Shown: in pieces, positions 1 to 8,478 of the stretch
How positions within the stretch are numbered: the first letter of the stretch is position 1
Layout of the letters: each line of letters starts with the position of its first letter
Assembly: GCA_015059485.1 (NCBI GenBank)
Contig: SVAH01000001.1
Coordinates: 140,104-204,103 of the forward strand
From: Bacillota bacterium
Lineage (GTDB): Bacteria > Bacillota_I > Bacilli_A > RF39 > UBA660
Direction: 5' to 3'
Length of the DNA stretch: 64,000 nucleotides
Made by a program: the position numbers and the translations under genes
The notes under the pieces: generated by a model
Seen by the model: the letters and a program-made list of their open reading frames with translations, nothing else
Database searches by the model: none
What the model was told of the DNA's origin: nothing

Positions 1-467
1 TATCTAAGATTTTTGGTTGTATCAAATTTTTCAATATTAATAATAACATTACAATCATTATCATCTATTTCTATACTTGGATCAAAAATCCAAATATTAT
101 CGTTTTCAATGTTTATTACCATAAAATAATTCTCGTTCTCATAATTATTTCTAACTATTAGTACTCTTTTTTCAGTTAATGCTTTTTTTATTATTTCTAA
201 ATTAACTTCATTTTTTGCATAATACATAAAAAATATATCCATATTATGTTTAGCTCCATATATATTAAATTTATTACATATTCTTTTCATTGCAAATCTT
301 GAAGTACCATTCTCGTATATATTAGATTCTTTCCCATCTAGTGTGTTTGAATAAATAATTTTCAAAAGTTTTAATGGAATTTCATCTTTTTGATATAATA
401 TTTTTAAAGAATTGCATAGACATGTTGAAGCGCTATCAAAATTTGAAACTTGCGTATTTAAAAACAT
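1..467 (-). CDS. hypothetical protein, N-terminal part only (gene runs off window start)
   Basis: Absent from ORF track (no in-window stop). My minus-strand translation from ATG at 467..465 (GGTGA-type RBS just upstream) reads MFLNTQVSNFDSASTCLCNSLKILYQKDEIPL... and stays open to position 1. No family recognised. Confidence 0.4.
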   Translation of the reverse strand, partial: MFLNTQVSNFDSASTCLCNSLKILYQKDEIPLKLLKIIYSNTLDGKESNIYENGTSRFAMKRICNKFNIYGAKHNMDIFFMYYAKNEVNLEIIKKALTEKRVLIVRNNYENENYFMVINIENDNIWIFDPSIEIDDNDCNVIINIEKFDTTKNLR

Positions 468-490
468 ATAATCACCACTACAATATATGA

Positions 491-1096
491 TTACTTTTTG
501 AGAATATTATCATTTATTATATAAAAAACATTGTTATTGTATTTTAATTTTCCATCTAAAATTCCATAAATAAAGACCTCTATATTAGTTTGGCTATATT
601 TATTTAATACATTTTTAGATGTGATTCTATCAAGTAAACACACAAAATCATATTTATACTCTTTTTCTGAATTTATTATATAATTTAATACGCCTAATTT
701 ATAAGTGTGTTCTTTATTATATAAGGATTCAATGACTTTATTATGAAATGACATCACATACAAATTATTAGAATTTGAATTCAATTTTTTATTAATACTT
801 TCAATATCAATATTAGAATCTTTTATTTCAATTAATTTAATTTTATCTGTATTAATCTTTAATACATCATCTAAAAATAGAATATTATTTTTTTTAAAAT
901 ACTTTTTAGGATGTTTAGATATTAATTTATTTTTATATATTGCATCATGATTAATTATATAATTATTATCGCTAGTTTTTCTGACGTCACATTCAAATCC
1001 AATATAATTATTATTATTTATAGTCTTATTTATAGCCTTTAGAGTATTTTGCTCATCCTTATTATGCCATATTCCACGATGTGCAATTAATTTCAT
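491..1096 (-). CDS. glycerophosphodiester phosphodiesterase (GDPD) family protein
   Basis: N-terminal MKLIAHRG...; GFECDVRKTSDNNYIINHD matches the GDPD HRG / E-x-D / H-D catalytic pattern. Confidence 0.75.
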   Translation of the reverse strand: MKLIAHRGIWHNKDEQNTLKAINKTINNNNYIGFECDVRKTSDNNYIINHDAIYKNKLISKHPKKYFKKNNILFLDDVLKINTDKIKLIEIKDSNIDIESINKKLNSNSNNLYVMSFHNKVIESLYNKEHTYKLGVLNYIINSEKEYKYDFVCLLDRITSKNVLNKYSQTNIEVFIYGILDGKLKYNNNVFYIINDNILKK

Positions 1097-1141
1097 TAAA
1101 AATCACCTAGTAGTATATACTAGATAATTAAATAAAATATG

Positions 1142-1612
1142 TTATCTCAAAAATAAAATATAATAGAATATTATGATTAAACTTAAGCATACAGCTCCGA
1201 TAGAAGGTGCAATCTTTTTAGAAACTTCTTTTGTTTTAACTTTTAAATCCTCTTTGTTATTTTCAATATTAAAAACAGTGTCCTCAATTTTATCTACATA
1301 AATTTTGAAAATATATGTATTTTGTTCTTCGGTTTCTTCATTATAAATTGTAACATATACTAATTTATTTTGAACTAAATTTTCATTATTGGATATGACC
1401 ATTTTATATTTTTCTTCATCATATTCACATTTAATATCTAAAGTATTTGTATTTTTTGAAATGGTAACTGAATAGTAATTATTATATCTATCAAACTTCG
1501 GTTCCATAAGTGCATTGTTTATTATTATGTTTTCAATTAATAATTCTTCATCTGCATAAACATTTGTTATTAATAAAAAAAACATTATAAGTACTAGAAA
1601 TATTTTTTTCAT
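1142..1612 (-). CDS. secreted, C-terminally membrane-anchored protein with cadherin-like beta-sandwich pattern
   Basis: Signal peptide MKKIFLVLIMFFLLITNVYA, C-terminal hydrophobic helix (APSIGAVCLSLIIIFYYILFL). The central L..I.IN...L.P.F....Y.V.I pattern is typical of cadherin-like beta-sandwich domains. Confidence 0.45.
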   Translation of the reverse strand: MKKIFLVLIMFFLLITNVYADEELLIENIIINNALMEPKFDRYNNYYSVTISKNTNTLDIKCEYDEEKYKMVISNNENLVQNKLVYVTIYNEETEEQNTYIFKIYVDKIEDTVFNIENNKEDLKVKTKEVSKKIAPSIGAVCLSLIIIFYYILFLR

Positions 1613-1658
1613 TTAATCACCTAGTATTATAATGTCCAAATTATTAATTTTTAAACTT

Positions 1659-1949
1659 CTATTCAACCATTTCTCGTATTTTATCTAATTCAATAAAACC
1701 AACTGATTGATTTTTATTTTCTCCATTTTCTAAATAAATTAGTGTTGGAATACTCATTACGGCATATTCTTTCGAAAGTTCTGGAAATAAGTCTACATTA
1801 ACTTTGATTATATCAATAAAATCAACTTCTTCTAAAACATTACCCATCATTTTACAAGGACCACACCAATCTGCATAAAAATCTACTAAAACCTTTTTAT
1901 CTTTTACTAAATCTTTAAAATTTTCATTTTCTTCTAAATACTTTATCAT
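1659..1949 (-). CDS. trxA: thioredoxin
   Basis: 96 aa with the WCGPC active site and the typical thioredoxin length. Confidence 0.9.
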   Translation of the reverse strand: MIKYLEENENFKDLVKDKKVLVDFYADWCGPCKMMGNVLEEVDFIDIIKVNVDLFPELSKEYAVMSIPTLIYLENGENKNQSVGFIELDKIREMVE

Positions 1950-1965
1950 AATAATATTTCCTTTC

Positions 1966-2634
1966 TTATTTTATTTTACCATGTTTTATTAAATTATTTA
2001 TATCATTTTCTGAAATTATATCATATTTTTTTAATATTTCTATAGAATCATTATTTTTTGTTTTAATTGATTTGTCATTTTTACCAATTGAACTAATCTT
2101 ATCAAATGCTAAATATGAATTTTTAAATTCTGTAGTCATAGGAGTGTTTTTTAAAATAGTTTTAGAAAAATAACTATCTTTCAAATATTCATGTGAAAAA
2201 CTAAATTGTGAAAATATAAATAGTAGTATAAAAGCAAAAATATATGCTTCAAGAAAACCAAGAACTGTTCCAATTAATTTAGATGGGAGCGTTAAGATTA
2301 TTGAATGATCAACAAGTTTGCTGATAATTCCAGTAATTTTTAATATAATTCCAAGTAAAGCTGTAAATATTGCTAATAAAATTACGAATGCTATGCCTTT
2401 ATATATAAGAATATTGAAGGCAAATATTCCTTTGAATACCCCTTTTAATTTAAATGCTGGTAAATATGTATACATTATTTTAGCGAGTGGATTTTTTAAA
2501 ATCCAAGCAAAGTAAATTACCAAAATTGTACCTACTATATATGCGATTGTTTGAATAGCTCCTCTTTTAAATCCAATAATTGCTCCAGACAACAAAAATA
2601 AAACTATAATTGCGTCAAAAACATTAATAAACAT
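1966..2634 (-). CDS. cvpA: CvpA family membrane protein
   Basis: Polytopic membrane protein starting MFINVFDAIIVLFLLSGAIIGFKRG, as in CvpA/colicin V production proteins. ATG at 2634 preferred over the TTG at 2667 used by the track. Confidence 0.65.
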   Translation of the reverse strand: MFINVFDAIIVLFLLSGAIIGFKRGAIQTIAYIVGTILVIYFAWILKNPLAKIMYTYLPAFKLKGVFKGIFAFNILIYKGIAFVILLAIFTALLGIILKITGIISKLVDHSIILTLPSKLIGTVLGFLEAYIFAFILLFIFSQFSFSHEYLKDSYFSKTILKNTPMTTEFKNSYLAFDKISSIGKNDKSIKTKNNDSIEILKKYDIISENDINNLIKHGKIK

Positions 2635-2726
2635 ACTACACCTACTTTCTATAACAATTATATCCAAAAAATAATGAAAAATAAAGAAAATTATGATAAA
2701 ATTTTTAGTGAAGGACGTGAGATAAT

Positions 2727-3686
2727 ATGGTTATTGTTTTTAAAACAAGTAAAAATGTTCAAGAAAAAATGATAGAATTTTATAAAGATTTATATAGACC
2801 AAGTAAACCACCTTACTCAATTTTTCAAGCTCAAAGTGCCGATGTTGTTGTTACTTTATATGAAAGTGGCAAGGTGATGTTTCAAGGAATTTCTGCAGAT
2901 ATTGAAGCAAATATTTGGAAAGACCAAGAAAGACACTTAAACAAACGTGATATCGATAAAGAAATAGAAAAAGCCGATAAGAAGAAGGAAAAGAAAAAAG
3001 AAGAAATAAAAAATGATACTTTAAACTTGAGAAATATTTCTGCTATTGGTAGCGATGAGGTTGGAACTGGAGACTTTTATGGTCCAATAGTTGTAACAGC
3101 ATGCTTTGTTTCAAAAGAAAATGAAATTGATCTAATTGATATAGGTGTTAAAGATTCTAAACTTTTGGGTGACGAAAAAATTATTGAAATAGCGCCAAAG
3201 ATAATTAAATGTGTAGATTATAAAACATTTTCACTAAATAATAAAGATTTTAATGAGTATACAAAAAAAGGCTATAATATGAATAAAATTAAAGCAGTTT
3301 TACATAATAAAGTTTTAAGTGCTTTGAAAAAAGCACATATAAATGAATATGATAAAATTATAGTAGATCAATTTGCTCCACCTAAAAAATATTTTGAGTA
3401 TTTAGAAGAAGCAAATGATATTGTTAAAGATATTACATTTACTCCTAAGGCAGAAACTAAGTCTATTGCTGTTGCTTGTGCATCTATAATTAGTAGATAT
3501 TTATTTTTAAAAGAAATGGATAAGCTTTCAGATAGTATTGGTCTAACGCTTCCAAAAGGAGCAAATGATGTTGTAGATTCTATAGGTGTTTCAATTGTTA
3601 AAAAATATGGATTTGAAAAATTAAATGAACTATGCAAAAGCAATTTTAAAAATACGGAAAAAATAAAAGAAAAAATGGCTAAATAG
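2727..3686 (+). CDS. rnhC: ribonuclease HIII
   Basis: N-terminal DUF3378-like region plus an RNase HII/HIII core with the DEVGTGDFYGP motif, about 319 aa. Confidence 0.85.
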   Translation: MVIVFKTSKNVQEKMIEFYKDLYRPSKPPYSIFQAQSADVVVTLYESGKVMFQGISADIEANIWKDQERHLNKRDIDKEIEKADKKKEKKKEEIKNDTLNLRNISAIGSDEVGTGDFYGPIVVTACFVSKENEIDLIDIGVKDSKLLGDEKIIEIAPKIIKCVDYKTFSLNNKDFNEYTKKGYNMNKIKAVLHNKVLSALKKAHINEYDKIIVDQFAPPKKYFEYLEEANDIVKDITFTPKAETKSIAVACASIISRYLFLKEMDKLSDSIGLTLPKGANDVVDSIGVSIVKKYGFEKLNELCKSNFKNTEKIKEKMAK

Positions 3687-3693
3687 CCATTTT

Positions 3694-4632
3694 TTATAAT
3701 AGTTTTAACATAAAGATTTTTAACAGTGAATATTTATCAAAATAAACACTTTTTATTTGAAGATCACATTCATTTAACACTAACAAATTATTCTCTAATT
3801 CATTATAATTATAGTTGAAACTATTTTTTAATATTTTTTCCGTTTGCCAATCTTGTAGTTTCAATTCTTTTGAAATTGTATTTAAAGATTTATTTTCTTC
3901 GTAAAGTTGTTTTGTAAAATACATTAGTCTATATTCTCTAGCAAGCAAATTTATTAATGATATAGGTTCTACTTTCAAAATATTAAAGTCGTCTAACATT
4001 TTAAATGCTTTTTTTAAATCTCTATTTATTATATACTCTACAAATTTAAAATTATTTTCATCAATACTTTTAGATACTATTTTTTTGACATCTTCAAATT
4101 CAAATTTGCATGGTGCATTATAATATAATTTCAATTTTTCTAATTCATTATATATTAGATCATAATTATTTAAGCAATTATTTATTAAATAATTTATACT
4201 ATCAAGATCTATTGTATAGCCGTCATTTTTTACTATAGTCCTTATTTTATCTTGTAAATCTGAAAATTTTAATTTTTCAATATTGATTAGTTTGTATTTT
4301 TCTTTTATTTCCTTAGTAATTTTTTTTCGCATATCTGCTTTGCCGTTATATGTAAATATTAGAACAGTATTTTCGTTAGGATTTTCTATATATTTTAAAA
4401 GTAATTCATTATTTGTTTTGTTTTCTTTATCGTTGCCAAACATATAAGAATTTTTTGCAATAATTACTCTTTTTTCATTGAAAAGAGAAAGATAACTTGC
4501 TTCGTTTAATAACTCTTCTAAGGATATTATATTTAAATCAAATTTTTCGATATTTATCAGATTTTTAGTTATTTTTTTTATTTCTTCATCAATCAACCTA
4601 ATGCTTTCAGATACAATTAAATATATATTCAT
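3694..4632 (-). CDS. holA: DNA polymerase III delta subunit
   Basis: 312 aa, family-level resemblance to HolA (N-terminal Rossmann-like region, C-terminal helical region). Sits in the comE-holA neighbourhood common in Bacilli. Confidence 0.7.
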   Translation of the reverse strand: MNIYLIVSESIRLIDEEIKKITKNLINIEKFDLNIISLEELLNEASYLSLFNEKRVIIAKNSYMFGNDKENKTNNELLLKYIENPNENTVLIFTYNGKADMRKKITKEIKEKYKLINIEKLKFSDLQDKIRTIVKNDGYTIDLDSINYLINNCLNNYDLIYNELEKLKLYYNAPCKFEFEDVKKIVSKSIDENNFKFVEYIINRDLKKAFKMLDDFNILKVEPISLINLLAREYRLMYFTKQLYEENKSLNTISKELKLQDWQTEKILKNSFNYNYNELENNLLVLNECDLQIKSVYFDKYSLLKIFMLKLL

Positions 4633-5468
4633 GATTTTCTCCTTATTCTTTTATATTCCTCTGATTCTTGATATTGCCTTATTTTATTGTAAACTTTCGA
4701 ATAATCTATTTTGTTATAATATTGTGCCTTTTTAAAAATTCCTTTAACACCATCAAACGAATTCAAATATTGATAGTATTTAACTAAAAATTCTTTTTCA
4801 GTTTCATTGCAAATTGATACATATAATTTTGCAGTTTCGACTCCAAAGTTATCCATCAAAAAAAGTACTTCTTTTTCAGGTATTTCTATAAATGCTAAGT
4901 TTGCAATAGCATCATATCCAAGCGTTTTCATTAACTCATATACTAATTTTACTTCTTTAGGATAACCACAAGAATTTGTTCTTAAATCATATTTTTGTGC
5001 AATCATCCGAGTTAGTAATTCATTCATCCCTTCTTTTATAGCTGATGCTCCATCACTTCCACAATAATGCATAGTTTCATGTAATAGCAAATCTTCATAA
5101 TACTCTTCAACGGTGCTTCCACTTATAAAGACATGGTATATATATGATATAAAAGTGTTATCATTTATAACAATAGTTTTTTTATTGTATGTCTTATGTT
5201 TTTTGTTAATTCCATATCCAGGAATTTTACTAAAAGAATTAAGTGCATCTATTGCACTTAATGGCATCATAATATTATTCTCTGTTGCAAAAGCATTTAT
5301 ATTACCAAAATCTTCAATTTTTATGATTTGTTCATAATTATTTAAATCAATTAATTTATCTTTTTTTACAGGATCCATATAGTCTCCATATTCATTAATT
5401 ATGCACTTAATATAGTATTTAAGCTTTTTAGTTAAATTTTCATGAATTTGCTTTATATCATTTGTCAT
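4629..5468 (-). CDS. putative zinc metalloprotease (HExxH) of unknown family
   Basis: LLLHETMHYCG contains HExxH. The 3' end overlaps the holA start by 4 nt. Start moved to ATG 5468 (GAGGGA RBS 9 nt upstream). Confidence 0.45.
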   Translation of the reverse strand: MTNDIKQIHENLTKKLKYYIKCIINEYGDYMDPVKKDKLIDLNNYEQIIKIEDFGNINAFATENNIMMPLSAIDALNSFSKIPGYGINKKHKTYNKKTIVINDNTFISYIYHVFISGSTVEEYYEDLLLHETMHYCGSDGASAIKEGMNELLTRMIAQKYDLRTNSCGYPKEVKLVYELMKTLGYDAIANLAFIEIPEKEVLFLMDNFGVETAKLYVSICNETEKEFLVKYYQYLNSFDGVKGIFKKAQYYNKIDYSKVYNKIRQYQESEEYKRIRRKS

Positions 5469-5507
5469 AATAACCATTCCCTCTTAAAATATTTTACCAA
5501 ATTATAT

Positions 5508-5723
5508 TTATTTAGTCCATAATTTACTATCATCTATATTTAACTCTTTAATACATGAATAATATGGTATTTTCTTTTTATCTAATAGTTTGATTAATTC
5601 ACTTTCTAAATCGTTAAATTCACCGCAATTAAATATAACTTTATCTATTTTAAAATTATTAACTAAGTTAATAGCTTCTCCCATATGATCATAGTCTCCA
5701 TGTGGAGACATACGTTTATGCAT
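5508..5723 (-). pseudogene. fragment of a second comEC copy (metallo-beta-lactamase region only)
   Basis: The 71 aa ORF ..HGDYDHMGEAINLVNNFKIDKVIFNCGEFNDLESELIKLLDKKKIPYYSCIKELNID.. aligns with the intact ComEC sequence LTHGDYDHMGEAINLANNFKVEKVIFNCGEINDLENELIKVLDKKKIKYYSCIKELNID. Nucleotides ~5520-5710 align co-linearly with ~8866-9056. Confidence 0.8.
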
Positions 5724-5752
5724 ACGAATTAGGCAATAAAAAAAGAGTGATA

Positions 5753-6772
5753 TTACACCCTTTTGTGGCCTATGTTATCTTTTGAATTTTCTTCAAGTAT
5801 TTGTCTATTATTGTATTCTTTTAGGTATATTTCATTCATATTATTAAATTGCTTCAATTTTAATTTATTGCCTACTTGTATAACCTTTTTCCAATCTTCA
5901 AGGTTCCACTCTAATAATAAATCTTTATTTCTAATCAAATTGAATGATAATCGATTACGCATCCAATCTTCACCATATCCATTTTGAAAGCATTTTTCAG
6001 TATTATCACTATCTCTTTTAATCCATTCATTTAATTGGCCATTATCAGCAGTTACTATCAACATAGTTAATCCTGCGATTGAATAAAGACTTTCGTTATC
6101 TTCCAATATTATACCTATTTTGTTCTTTTCATCAGTAGTTAATTGTTTTGAAACTTCTTCTGATATTATTTCATATATTGGAAACGCAGCACCATGAATT
6201 CCCATAGAGTATGTTTCAAACATATTTTTACTCAATAATGTTGGATATTTGTTAGTATATGTTTCTATGACTCGTGATAGCAATCTATTTGAATTATAGT
6301 TTATTTCTCTCTCATCTGTCATTCCGTTATAACTACAAAAGTCTCCATCATACTTATGCATAAAGTTATCTGGATGTATATACCATTCTTCAGTTTCTAT
6401 TTTTCCAGTGATAAGTCCATATAGTAATCTAGCAGTCCTACCATTGCCATCACTAAACATGTGCAAATATATAAATGTATAATATGTCAATTCTGCTCTT
6501 AATTCGTTATCATTCATCTTTTTTAAAGTGCTAAGAAGATTTTTAATAATGTCTTTTCTAATATCACTTGTTGGTGCAGTTAATTCTCCTGCAATCATAT
6601 TATCAGAAACTACTTCTTCATCTTCTTTATTACGTAACATTTTATTTAAAGAAATTACTATTCTCATAACATCATTTACAGTTAGATTTTGAATATAATT
6701 TTCAAACAAGCTAGAATCTGCATATATATTATAATAATTGCTACTTTCCAAATATCTTTTAATCTTATCCAT
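5753..6772 (-). CDS. Fic/DOC family protein (putative AMPylase, class II auto-inhibited type)
   Basis: Fic motif HMFSDGNGRTAR (HxFx[D/E]GNGRxxR). N-terminal SSLFEN fits the inhibitory [S/T]xxxE[G/N] helix motif. Start set at MDKIKRY (GGATGTGA RBS); the first 13 track codons lie in a gene remnant. Confidence 0.75.
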   Translation of the reverse strand: MDKIKRYLESSNYYNIYADSSLFENYIQNLTVNDVMRIVISLNKMLRNKEDEEVVSDNMIAGELTAPTSDIRKDIIKNLLSTLKKMNDNELRAELTYYTFIYLHMFSDGNGRTARLLYGLITGKIETEEWYIHPDNFMHKYDGDFCSYNGMTDEREINYNSNRLLSRVIETYTNKYPTLLSKNMFETYSMGIHGAAFPIYEIISEEVSKQLTTDEKNKIGIILEDNESLYSIAGLTMLIVTADNGQLNEWIKRDSDNTEKCFQNGYGEDWMRNRLSFNLIRNKDLLLEWNLEDWKKVIQVGNKLKLKQFNNMNEIYLKEYNNRQILEENSKDNIGHKRV

Positions 6773-6803
6773 AATATCACATCCTAAAATCATTATATCA
6801 TAT

Positions 6804-6876
6804 AATTTCATATTCTCTACAGCATTCTTTCATCGAAAAAATTCATATGCATAAATCAATGTCTCCATGTGGTGAT
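6804..6876 (-). pseudogene. composite remnant: 3' end of a yhcG-like gene fused to a short comEC-like piece
   Basis: 6804-6835 (aatttcatattctctacagcattctttcatcg) aligns with the last ~13 codons of the yhcG-like gene at 7576 (aattcatattctctaacagcaatcctatcatctg) with a 1-nt indel. 6841-6874 carries catatg...tctccatgtgg, resembling comEC 9027-9050; this second part is a weaker match. Confidence 0.45.
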
Positions 6877-6910
6877 TGTCAAAAAGTAAGTCGAATTTGA
6901 GCAAAGAAAA

Positions 6911-6933
6911 AGAACTATCAAATAAATAGTTCT
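6911..6933 (-). terminator. rho-independent terminator after the S51 peptidase gene
   Basis: agaactat / atagttct 8-bp stem with a 7-nt loop, followed on the minus strand by ttttctttg. Confidence 0.55.
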
Positions 6934-7549
6934 AACACTTTTTAATACTATTATTTGTAATAACTAATGATTCATCGTTTGTAAGCTTATATACTTTGTA
7001 CTTATTCTGTTTTACCAACTCATTATATAATTCTTCTCTTTTTTTAGAATTATATTCTTCTGCCTCACAATGCGGAATAATTATTCCATCAAACAAGCCT
7101 AATGCATCATAGTCGATAAGTTTGCAATAATTATCATCTAACGAAAGTAAATGCTCTATATTATTTGTTACTATATGTGCACCACAAGAACCACCAATAT
7201 AGATTACTTCATTTTTTATATAATTAATTATGTGTTTATCAAAACCTGAATCTTTTATTTTCTTTAACGTTGCAAATGTATTCCCACCACTAATATACAA
7301 TAAATCAATGTTTAAATCAGTAAAATCTTCTATATTTTCTTCATCAAATATATATATATTTTCTTTATTTATAAATCCGTAATTATATAATCTATTATAG
7401 TACTTATCTGAATATATTTTTTCACTTGTTGCTTTTTCATTAGGAATAAATAGCAATTTACACTCATTTAATGGTTTTTCAATATTATCCAGTATTACCT
7501 TTTTTGAATTTTCATTGATAAAATCGCACGAACTAAGTATCATTTTCAT
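6932..7549 (-). CDS. peptidase S51 (dipeptidase E-like) family protein
   Basis: LYISGGNTF and IGGSCGAHI match the S51 GGNT / GxS(A/C)G nucleophile-elbow pattern, about 205 aa. ATG 7549 preferred over GTG 7558. Confidence 0.65.
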   Translation of the reverse strand: MKMILSSCDFINENSKKVILDNIEKPLNECKLLFIPNEKATSEKIYSDKYYNRLYNYGFINKENIYIFDEENIEDFTDLNIDLLYISGGNTFATLKKIKDSGFDKHIINYIKNEVIYIGGSCGAHIVTNNIEHLLSLDDNYCKLIDYDALGLFDGIIIPHCEAEEYNSKKREELYNELVKQNKYKVYKLTNDESLVITNNSIKKC

Positions 7550-7575
7550 TATAACCACATCCTGTAACTATTATA

Positions 7576-8466
7576 TCACACTAATTCATATTCTCTAACA
7601 GCAATCCTATCATCTGAACAGTATTCTATTACAAAACTATTTTTTCTTTTACAAATTACAATGCCAATTGTACTATTATTACTTACTTCTTTTATATTTT
7701 TATCAATATAATTCATATATTTCTGTACTTGTGAAATATACTCAACTTTAAACTCTGTTACCTTCAATTCAACTACTACATAACAATTATATTTTATATT
7801 AAATAGTAACAAATCAATATAATGATTTCTGTCACCTATTTTTATCTTATATTCACTACCTATGAAACTAAATGAATTACCAAGTTCTTTCATAAATGAT
7901 TCGATATCTTCTAAAATTAAATGATGTAATGCTTTTTCAGTAATTATTTCTGTATTATTCTTATTCTTAATCAATATAGGATTTGGTATTAAATCTTTTA
8001 CTTCAATTTCATCATTAAACATCAACTTGTTTTTTGTTTCTAATGGTAATCTTTCATATTCCCCATTTTTAATTATTTCTTCTAGTTGTCTTTTCGAAAG
8101 ATTTCTTTTTTCTATTTGTTTGGCATAATAATTTATTTCATTATTATCAGTTAAACTAAACAATTGTCTTATATGACTAATTGATAATTTGGTCCCCAGT
8201 GGGGACCATTTTTGTTTTTCAAAGAATTGATACAATTGTCTCATTCTTCTTAAAGTTCTAGGATTGTATTTCTTATCAACTTCAACTTTTAATTTATTAG
8301 AATAATTACCAATAATATCTTCACCATAAGCACTACCGGCTTCCAACAATAGTTTGCCTACTTCATAATGTGTAATTAAGGTATGCTTTTCTTTTGAATA
8401 ATCCTTCACTTTTGAATATATTTCATCATCAATTAATTTGTTTTTTATCTCATTATAATAATTCAT
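7576..8466 (-). CDS. YhcG-like PDDEXK nuclease domain protein (DUF1016 family)
   Basis: N-terminal helical region (YYNEIKNKL...VGKLLLEA) and C-terminal IDLLLFNIKYNCYVVVELK, which is a D...E-x-K restriction-endonuclease-like core. Paralog at 50546..51466. Confidence 0.65.
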   Translation of the reverse strand: MNYYNEIKNKLIDDEIYSKVKDYSKEKHTLITHYEVGKLLLEAGSAYGEDIIGNYSNKLKVEVDKKYNPRTLRRMRQLYQFFEKQKWSPLGTKLSISHIRQLFSLTDNNEINYYAKQIEKRNLSKRQLEEIIKNGEYERLPLETKNKLMFNDEIEVKDLIPNPILIKNKNNTEIITEKALHHLILEDIESFMKELGNSFSFIGSEYKIKIGDRNHYIDLLLFNIKYNCYVVVELKVTEFKVEYISQVQKYMNYIDKNIKEVSNNSTIGIVICKRKNSFVIEYCSDDRIAVREYELV

Positions 8467-8478
8467 ATTTACTCCTTT

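Noticed and set aside
2318-2515. Track ORFs antisense to well-supported genes. These are 2318..2515, 3368..3643, 5113..5337, 5763..5987, 10476..10802, 12435..12803, 15058..15264, 19165..19356, 21354..21545, 22404..22592, 23230..23418, 23767..23955, 25267..25452 and 26452..26703. Also 31165..31353, 32938..33123, 35427..35612, 36306..36488, 36669..36914, 38908..39105, 39847..40047, 45149..45343, 46033..46221, 49177..49401, 50145..50336 and 50947..51425. Also 53300..53533, 53890..54120, 54235..54579, 54761..54952, 56710..57021, 58966..59319, 60271..60459 and 61051..61408.
   Set aside because: They are low-complexity translations lying opposite (a few in-strand but out of frame with) motif-bearing genes, with no RBS or family signal. 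This is the expected by-product of AT-rich sequence with few stops on the opposite strand.
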